From positions 248,001 to 312,000 of the forward strand of contig JAHLTZ010000007.1 in NCBI GenBank assembly GCA_025786725.1: a DNA stretch of 64,000 nt. The letters run 5' to 3'. Within the stretch, counting starts at the first letter, position 1, and each line of letters starts with the position of its first letter. A model generated the notes under the pieces. The model made no database searches. It was not told where the DNA came from and worked only from the letters and a program-made list of their open reading frames with translations. The position numbers and the translations under genes were made by a program. Source of the DNA: Syncephalis fuscata S228 (taxonomy: Eukaryota; Fungi; Zoopagomycota). Of the stretch, positions 62,001 to 64,000 are shown piece after piece.

Positions 62001-62991
62001 CTAGTCTTCATTGCTACTAAGCTCGGCGAAAAAGTCATCCATATCTGCATTTATAGCAAATTAAAATTAGCGAATTAATTGAGCAATAATCAATAGCTTA
62101 CCCGTTTTAACAGCCTTCTTTGCATTCTTCTTTCGGTTAGATTGCGTTGCTATTACGCCTTCAAATTCGTTACGTTCCATTGCTACACGGATCTGTTCGC
62201 GAATCTTATTGCGTTGTTGCAATGTATGTTCGCTAGCATCGTTATTATTATCCTTATCGTCGGATGTTGTTGGAAATAATGCAATATATTTTTGTCCGGC
62301 GGGAAAGTGCTGCAAAATATTAGATGATGGCGTAGTGTGTTGCATATACACTGTTACTTACTATGACATAGTTTAGATCAATCTCAAGGTCCTTAATCTC
62401 ACCATCCAGCCTTCTTTGCTCTTTAATTGTATTGATACAAATATCAGTAGCTATATATTATGTTATTAGTAATAGTAATTACCTTGCTCATCAATATTAT
62501 CAGCCACCTTTAGTTTTTCTAGTCGTTTTTTTGTTTTTTCCAATTTTCGTCGCACTTTCTGCTCCTCTATAGACACAAATAGTTATTATTGTTTTCCATA
62601 CTTTGATATCTAGACCATAGATTTACCAATAAATCGGACCATTTTATATTTACTTGCGCGTCGTTTCTCAGTAGCTGCACGGCTGCCTTCTTCCAATTGT
62701 AGCTGCAATGCTTTCAATCGTCGTTCCGAAGCCACTTTTATATCAGCCGTAATAGTTGGCTATCGTTCATTCAAATAAGCAAAGACTCATAACAACCGAA
62801 CAACTTACTCGTCGTAAAAGACGCTCTGTATCGCGAATTCGTTTGCGAATGGTGGCATTGCTCTCTCGTGTATCATTCTTGTTATTATGTCGTTTCTTAT
62901 ATGGCATGAGACGGCTTGAATGGTTATTGCCCGATGCTCCAGAAGAGCCTTGAGTACGGTTTGCTTCAGCCATTCTTGAAATATTTTCCAT
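62001..62991 (-). CDS. EFG1: rRNA-processing protein Efg1, multi-exon
   Basis: IRKRIRDTERLL, ERRLKAL, KYKMVRFIEEQKVRRKL, DLNYV.HFPAGQKYIALFP, C-terminal DDFF. Confidence 0.88.
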
Positions 62992-63178
62992 GCTGTATAT
63001 TGTTAAAAAAGAAAAATAAAAGTGGCAATGAAGTGTTTGTATTGTTTGCTTATAAACTGTTATTAATTAAACTGTGTAGTTCCATTTCTTGTTTCAGGTC
63101 GTCAGTCAACAGACACTCAGTGCTAATCTTTTACACCACGCGATATACTACGTGAAGACACGATAGCTCAGGATTATT

Positions 63179-64000
63179 ATGGCAAATTTACATCAACCAG
63201 CTGAAATGGCGATAGCTGATGAACTACGGAATGTAACCAACAGCGAGCACAATGATGAAGCAGATGATTTATTTGGCAGTGGGTCTGACGACGCGGATGG
63301 TGACAGTCGCCCAACTGAAGCAGCTACTTCCAATGCAGCAATTAGACGACGTGGTCGTTTGGCAGTAGAATCAGACGATGAGAATGACGATAAAGATGGA
63401 GACAAATTGGCACTACCAAATAGCCATGAAGTAGTGGATGATAATTCGTAAGCGAAGGATGTTAATATTAAATGTTATATTTATGTAATTAATCACTAGA
63501 GATGATGAAACGGGTCTGTTTGGAAGTGATTCCGAGGCTGAATCTACAGGATCAGTTACCAATGATGTAGGTGGTAAAGCATCTAGGTAAGTGTTATTTG
63601 TACACTCTACACCGATGACAGACTAATCAAATACTACATCTATATCTATAGAGCAACTCATAGTGATGAAGAAATGGATGAACCTATTGCACGAACACCG
63701 CCACCAGCTCTTCGTATTCATCTTACGCAACCATCAGCTCCTGTTAGTGGAGAAGATTCGGTAACTATTGAATTAGTGGTTAGTATTAACTATTACTTAT
63801 GATTTGCAGTCGGATTATTATTTGGCCCGTCTACCAAAACACTATCATTTAGAAACAAAGCCATTTGACCCAAGTTCATATGAAGCGGAAATATTAGAAG
63901 TGTTAGATAAGGAAGGAAAGACGCAAAATACTGATGAACAGAGTAATACAGAAGGTAAAGGACGCAACGCTAATAGCGGCGACGAGGAAGCAACACAACA
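63179..64000 (+). CDS. LEO1: Leo1-like Paf1-complex subunit, 5' part (truncated by the window end)
   Basis: Acidic N-terminus with DLFGSGSD and LFGSDSE repeats, then LARLPKHYHLETKPFDPSSYE, resembling the start of the Leo1 domain. Several short introns. Confidence 0.72.

Overview
Eukaryotic, intron-rich, AT-rich fungal genomic DNA with short GT-AG introns carrying CTRAY branch sites. The biopterin-dependent phenylalanine hydroxylase points to an early-diverging, non-Dikarya fungus (inference). Host genes in order: transaldolase, PIG-A/GPI3, a CAMK-like Ser/Thr kinase, phenylalanine hydroxylase, a Tgl2-like lipase, a DUF4112 protein, a Pcl/Pho80-type cyclin, a lysophospholipid acyltransferase, a PAM2-motif Pro/Gln-rich protein, ornithine decarboxylase, a secreted His-repeat protein, a patatin lipase, Sec1, a secreted chitin-binding-like protein, tRNA-Cys(GCA), Efg1 and Leo1 (cut by the window end). 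Mobile DNA: an intact Ty3/gypsy element with apparently identical LTRs, a MULE with a broken transposase, a decayed MULE relic and several non-coding repeat families. Most notable: (1) an ~800-nt, essentially non-coding intergenic segment (42077-42878) that folds by eye into an end-closed multi-branched RNA with G-U pairs favouring the + strand, a candidate unannotated large ncRNA; (2) the gypsy element encodes an intact dUTPase after RNase H and carries its integrase as a separate ORF, and it is nested in a palindromic LTR derivative just downstream of a tRNA gene; (3) an ~850-nt AUG-free ODC leader with an ACG-initiated, PPPW-containing uORF; (4) a 1-nt exon required for the acyltransferase reading frame. 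All calls are manual; no searches or folding programs were run.
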